Source: Mayamaea pseudoterrestris (taxonomy: Eukaryota). Taken from it: a stretch of DNA of 64,000 nt. Both the position numbers and the translations under genes were made by a program. Shown in pieces: positions 59,265 through 64,000 of the stretch. Under the pieces are notes generated by a model. The model was not told the origin of the DNA, did not search any database, and worked only from the letters and a program-made list of their open reading frames with translations. Location of the stretch: assembly GCA_027923505.1 (NCBI GenBank), contig BROI01000009.1, positions 558,001 to 622,000 of the forward strand, in the 5' to 3' direction. How positions within the stretch are numbered: position 1 is the stretch's first letter; each line of letters starts with the position of its first letter.

Positions 59265-59278
59265 GCGCAGAGGAAGCG
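59265..59278 (-). promoter_or_regulatory. Candidate non-canonical primer-binding site complementary to the initiator tRNA-Met D-arm
   Basis: Plus strand GCGCAGAGGAAGCG(TG) abuts the 5' LTR. No TGG-type PBS is present. Confidence 0.6.
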
Positions 59279-59712
59279 TGTTGTTATGGTAATTCAGTCG
59301 AGGTCAACTGAAGGGCTCGGTGGTTACTACTTGCAAGTAACTAGCAATCAAAGAAGGTTTGCTTCGTTTGGTAACTGTGAGTGTTTAGTGTTACTGCTAT
59401 AATTTACTGCCTTTGCAGGCCGAGTCTCGCCGAGGTGCGGGCTTGCTTGGGCCTGCTATGTATTATAGCCAGTGAACTTGCCGTCTTGCGGGTAATTAGG
59501 GTGCTTTGGTGTTTGTAGCCATTATTAACTGGTGATTGAACAAATAGTTAGAGAGTAAGTCAGTTGGATGCTTCGCCATCCCCTTGCCAATGGCGAGGCC
59601 TGCATCGCCATGGTCAGTCTGCGGCGAGGCTGGTTTGTGTGGACCGTACCGAATCCCGCCTGATCCGTCGATGTCGCATGGACATCCATCTATGTCGCAT
59701 ACACATCCAACA
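59279..59712 (-). repeat. 5' LTR
   Basis: Matches 52758..53191 except at three positions. Confidence 0.95.
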
Positions 59713-60301
59713 ATGATGCGATCATTTGGAGTACTTATAAAATCGGCGCGGCAGGTAGCTAAACAACCTTGCCATCGCCAATCAGAGTCGACAGATACTT
59801 CAACTACGTAGCAGAAAGAATGCATACTAAGTCTTTCAGAAATCAAATTGGCCATTGGCAAATGCTGCTACAAACAACGGTCGCCTACGGCACGCCGGGA
59901 CTTGCCATTCATGCCGAGCTTGATATGCGAGTCGATGTGATTCTTTTAGCGATCGATTGCCCTTAAAACACGAGTGACAAGACTCGGAACTTGCATGTCC
60001 GCAAGTCGTTGATCGGTAACACGAATGCTGAATATAGCCGTTCGTTCCGGTTCGCGTGATTGGACGCGTGGCGAACTGCCGGTAAGTTTGAATTTCGTCC
60101 AAATTGACAGCCAAATTCGGTTGCCGGATGAGAGCTGGTCTTATCTTTCGCCAGTAACGTGGGTTTCATTTTCTCTTTCGCTTCACAAGATGCTCATAAA
60201 TTTATCCAGCGTCTGCGCAATCGCTCTTTGTTGCTCCTGTTCTAGACGCCAACAAACTCGTCATCTTCCAACACCCATTGTCCAGGAACAATTGCATCAT
60301 T

Positions 60302-60892
60302 ATGAAGACTGCATCACTATTTCTCCTCTCCTGCGTGAGCATCGCTGCCATTGGCACCCCTCAAGTCGTTTCTGCTGATAAGGAAGTCGAAAACACTCGA
60401 TCACGCCTTCGCATTCTTCTTGCCGAAGACGAAACTAGCAGCGCGGCGCTCCAGCAACTGCGTGCGGAAGAACCAAGCGAAGATCTGGACTTTTTTCAGC
60501 GTGACCTAGCCGTTTCTCAAAGTAGCATGCCTCATGGCGGTTCCGTCGGTGGAAGCAAGGGCGGCGTCACTGGCCACGGAGGTTCCAAGTCGACCAAAGG
60601 CAGCAAGGGCGAATCCAAAAGCAAGTCGTCAAAGGGTAGCAAAGGAAAAGGGTCGAGCAAGTCATCAAAGGGTAGCAAGGGAAAGGGCTCTAGCAAGTCA
60701 TCCAAAGCATCGAAAGGGAAAGGATCTAGCAAGTCATCGAAGGGATCAAAAGGCAAGGGTGGAAGTAGTAAGGGAGGCTCTAGCAAGGGTGTGAAGGGAT
60801 CAAAAGGAGGCAAGGGCGGTGGTGAATATTCTGGAAGCTCAAGCAGCCACCGCAGTCTTGCCGAGCGTGCGGGCGCCATGTACTTGCGCTAA
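60302..60892 (+). CDS. Secreted silaffin-like Gly/Ser/Lys-rich protein precursor (paralog of 9367..10194)
   Basis: Signal peptide; RXL motifs RIL, RDL, RSL; 12-aa unit SKSSKGSKGKGS four times. Confidence 0.8.
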   Translation: MKTASLFLLSCVSIAAIGTPQVVSADKEVENTRSRLRILLAEDETSSAALQQLRAEEPSEDLDFFQRDLAVSQSSMPHGGSVGGSKGGVTGHGGSKSTKGSKGESKSKSSKGSKGKGSSKSSKGSKGKGSSKSSKASKGKGSSKSSKGSKGKGGSSKGGSSKGVKGSKGGKGGGEYSGSSSSHRSLAERAGAMYLR

Positions 60893-61270
60893 TAATCTTG
60901 CGCGAACCGTGGCGTGTCTGTATGCTGGAGATGTTGCAATATTACGGCAAGTAGTTGTTGATGTATACAAAAAAGATCGATTCGGATGTCTTCGTTTGAC
61001 GTAGAATAGCGAGGAAACACAAAGCAAGTCGAACATTTATGAATAATTAGAGTAATTGTTACATATTATGCTGCGTCAAAGTTGCATATATAAAACCCGT
61101 TAGCATGTACCTGTTAACATCCCGGTTGACGCAGTTTACGTACATAAAGAATAGCTAGCACCTTGAGTACCGTTCGGATATTGATCGTGCTTCCTTGCGT
61201 CCACACCTCGCACGGTTTTGGCCAAGGGAGATAAGTAAATTTATCTCCCTTGGTTTTGGCACACCGCACC

Positions 61271-64000
61271 ATGGCGGACACGGACGCTACGATTCGCGCC
61301 TTTGTGGAGCAGCAACGAGTCTGGCTCCTCAAGGAACTTCAATGCGATAATGTCTCGACGGAGGAAGGACGTTCTCACGTTTTGCATCAACTGGAAGCTA
61401 TCGATGTTTCTGTCGGGCTCTACGGACGAACCGTTTTGACCCTTGCTAGCACAAACTCTGCTGCTGCTTCGAATCAACCGGTCTTATTACCAGCACATCG
61501 TTTTACTAGTGGAGATGAAGTGGAGATTCGGGCGAAATCTGCATCATCGACTAGAAAGCTTCCAGGAGGAGTCATTTCGCAAGTCACCGAGATGACCATT
61601 TCCGTCGCTCTGTTTGATGGCATGGAGGGCGACAGCGAGCATTTAACGCCACCCCTTTCCATTTTACCGCGAAGTTCTATCGAGGTTCACAAGAAGCTTA
61701 TGATGGCACTTGAAGATTTAGAAAAACATGGAACGAGTCATTCGGTTGCAGGTCCCGTAATCCGCGCGGCATTCGATCCAACAATCGATCGAGCTATGAA
61801 AGGTTCTGCTTTGGATTCGAGTCAAATTTATTCAAAAGATCTGAACGAGAGTCAGCTAGATGCAATATCTTTTGCATTGACAGACAATCGACCTATCTCG
61901 TTAATTCATGGGCCTCCAGGAACAGGGTACGTTTGGGTGGCGTAGCTCGCCTCAAATTTTCTTAATTTATCAAAGCCTTGCATCATTTAACTCATCTTTA
62001 TGTGCTTTGATCATTACAGTAAAACCACCACAGTGGTTGAACTCATTCAGCAAGCTGTCATCACGCGTGGATTCAAAGTTTTGGTGGCTGCACCAAGCAA
62101 CATCGCTGTCGACAATATTTTGGAACGATTACTAGCGGGTTGCAATGTCGGCAGCAATATTAGTAAGCGAAACGCCGGCAAACTTCGCGTTGTAAGGCTC
62201 GGTCATCCTGCGCGTTTACAGCCGAAGGTACTTCCACATTCACTCGAAGCCTTGGTGCAAAAGGCGGAAGGAACGGAGATTGTTTCGGATGTGCGCAGTG
62301 AGCTCAACTCGTTCCTGCGGATCCTTAATAGTCCCAAGAGTCGAGCAAACGACAAACGACTAGCTTACAAGGAAGTCAAAGCACTGCGAAAAGAATTGCG
62401 AACGCGCGAGGAAAAGGTCGTTCAGGAATTATTAAATAATGCGCAGGTTGTATTGGCGACGTGTGTGGGAGCTAGCAATAGACTCTTGCGTGACCAAAAA
62501 TTTGATCTTGTTATAATTGACGAAGCGGCGCAAGCTCTTGAAACAGAGTGCTGGATTCCTGCTTTGCGAGGCGTAAAGCTGGTATTGGCGGGTGATCATT
62601 GCCAATTGCCACCGACGATCAAGTCTACAATTTTCGAAGTTGAGCGAGGACTCAGTCGGACCATGTTTGAGCGTGTAATGGATTTGTATGGCGACATTAG
62701 GCAACCCGCCAAGGACGGCCATGTTTCGCGCATGCTTAACGTTCAGTATCGAATGCACGAAACAATCTCGGACTGGGCTTCGCAAGCGATGTACCACGGA
62801 CAGCTTCGGACACATGAAGATGTCCGGCTGCGCACTTTATTGCAATTAACTGGCCAGTCCGACGATGATAATTTGTGTGAGACGGCGTTGATGCTGATTG
62901 ATACGTCTGGTTGTCATATGCATGAGTCTGTGAACGCTGCTGGGTCACGTTATAATGTTGGCGAGGCCGAAATCGTGGCTCGTCAGGTGCGCGCACTCGT
63001 GAATGTTTTGGGTGTGCAACAAGAAGAGATTGCCGTCATAACACCATACAATGGTCAGGTCGAGATTCTAAGAACAATCCTTCTCGCAGACTTCCCAAAG
63101 CTAGAAATTCGAAGTGTTGACGGGTTCCAGGGTGGCGAGCGTGAAGTAGTTATTCTCAGTCTTGTGCGAAGCAGTGAGAGGTGCGGCAAGGATGGAATCG
63201 GTTTTTTGCAGAATGAGCGTCGTCTCAATGTTGCGTAAGTCAGGACATTTTGTTTTAGTGATTTGTATGGTATATGATGCTAACAACTGTCGTCAACTTC
63301 CCTCTACGAAGTATCACCCGCGCAAAGCGTCACTGTAGCGTAATCTGCGATTCTGAAACTGTTTCGCAGTCGCTTTTCATTAAAAACCTGTTGGCATGGA
63401 TTGATGAACACGGTGATCCTCGATCGGCGCTGGATTACTCGCATGATTGGCACTCTGGTGCAATAAACAGCGACATGTTGGATGCTGAGTGTGTTCTGAA
63501 TGGACTGTTAAAACAATCAACGCCTGCCCGTACGACAAAGGATTTGTCAAGCCAGTCGTCACCCAGGGATGGTGCTACACGGCGGAAAGAGTTGTTACAT
63601 GTTTTTGATGAGTTTGTCGAGTCAGCAGGTCCAGGAGATGCGATGTCGTTTAGCTCAGAGCTCAATTCATACGACCGTATGCTTGTCCACGAGGAAGCTG
63701 AGAAAAGAGGCATTGGACATTGTAGCGAAGGGGACGGTTCAAGTCGCCGCTTAGTTCTATCCTTGCCTGCAACGTCTATTAGCAACAACTTGGACGCATC
63801 GGAAGCCATCGCTTTGTCGTCGCATGGAAAAATATTCGACGGAGGAGCGATTGCTGATAATACAAAGTGTGACAATGGTCTTAACAAAGGAATCATTCAT
63901 CACGCAGCTTTGATCGACCTTAATAAAGTCAGTCCAGACCCGATTGTTAAGGAGCCCTCGTTCGAAGTAAACAATATACTCGGCAGTTTGGCCAACGAGC
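61271..64000 (+). CDS. IGHMBP2: SF1 Upf1-like helicase IGHMBP2/SMUBP-2 with R3H domain, 3'-partial; introns 61927..62019 and 63235..63311
   Basis: HGPPGTGKT across intron 1, APSNIAVDN, IIDEAAQ, GDHCQLPP, QYRM, SVDGFQGGERE, RRLNVAITRAKR, and R3H-like NSYDRMLVHEEAE. Confidence 0.92.

Larger units (their letters stand above)
52758..59712 (-). mobile_element. Full-length Ty1/copia LTR retrotransposon (diatom CoDi-like)
   Basis: Two 434-bp TG...CA LTRs, 5-bp TSD ATGAT (52753..52757 and 59713..59717), gag-PR-IN-RT-RH order and a polypurine tract next to the 3' LTR. Confidence 0.97.

Noticed and set aside
59260..59285. A tRNA-Met gene
   Set aside because: Only 16 nt match; no acceptor stem, anticodon arm or T-arm.

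Overview
Eukaryotic nuclear DNA, most likely a raphid pennate diatom (compact genes, 70-100 nt introns, guanylate cyclase-phosphodiesterase fusions, CoDi-type copia, silaffin-like proteins, plastid-targeted cytochrome c6-like protein). About 20 host genes: housekeeping genes (TruA/Pus1 pseudouridine synthase, histidine acid phosphatase, HIBCH-like protein, DJ-1/Hsp31, short-chain acyl-CoA dehydrogenase, DUF3228, IGHMBP2 helicase), a tandem pair of cyclase-PDE fusions, two paralogous secreted Gly/Ser/Lys silaffin-like precursors, a large Pro-rich secreted protein with a beta-trefoil-like C-terminus, an NPPY methyltransferase-like gene, a PH-domain pseudogene, and two genes that share an uncharacterised C-terminal exon. 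Mobile DNA: a young full-length Ty1/copia element (434-bp LTRs, ATGAT TSD) with an in-frame UGA-CGG gag/pol junction and a primer-binding site that matches the D-arm of initiator tRNA-Met, and a decayed Ty3/gypsy pol split by a 1072-bp TIR element with a TA duplication. No rRNA, tRNA or CRISPR was seen. All family calls come from motif recognition, not database searches.
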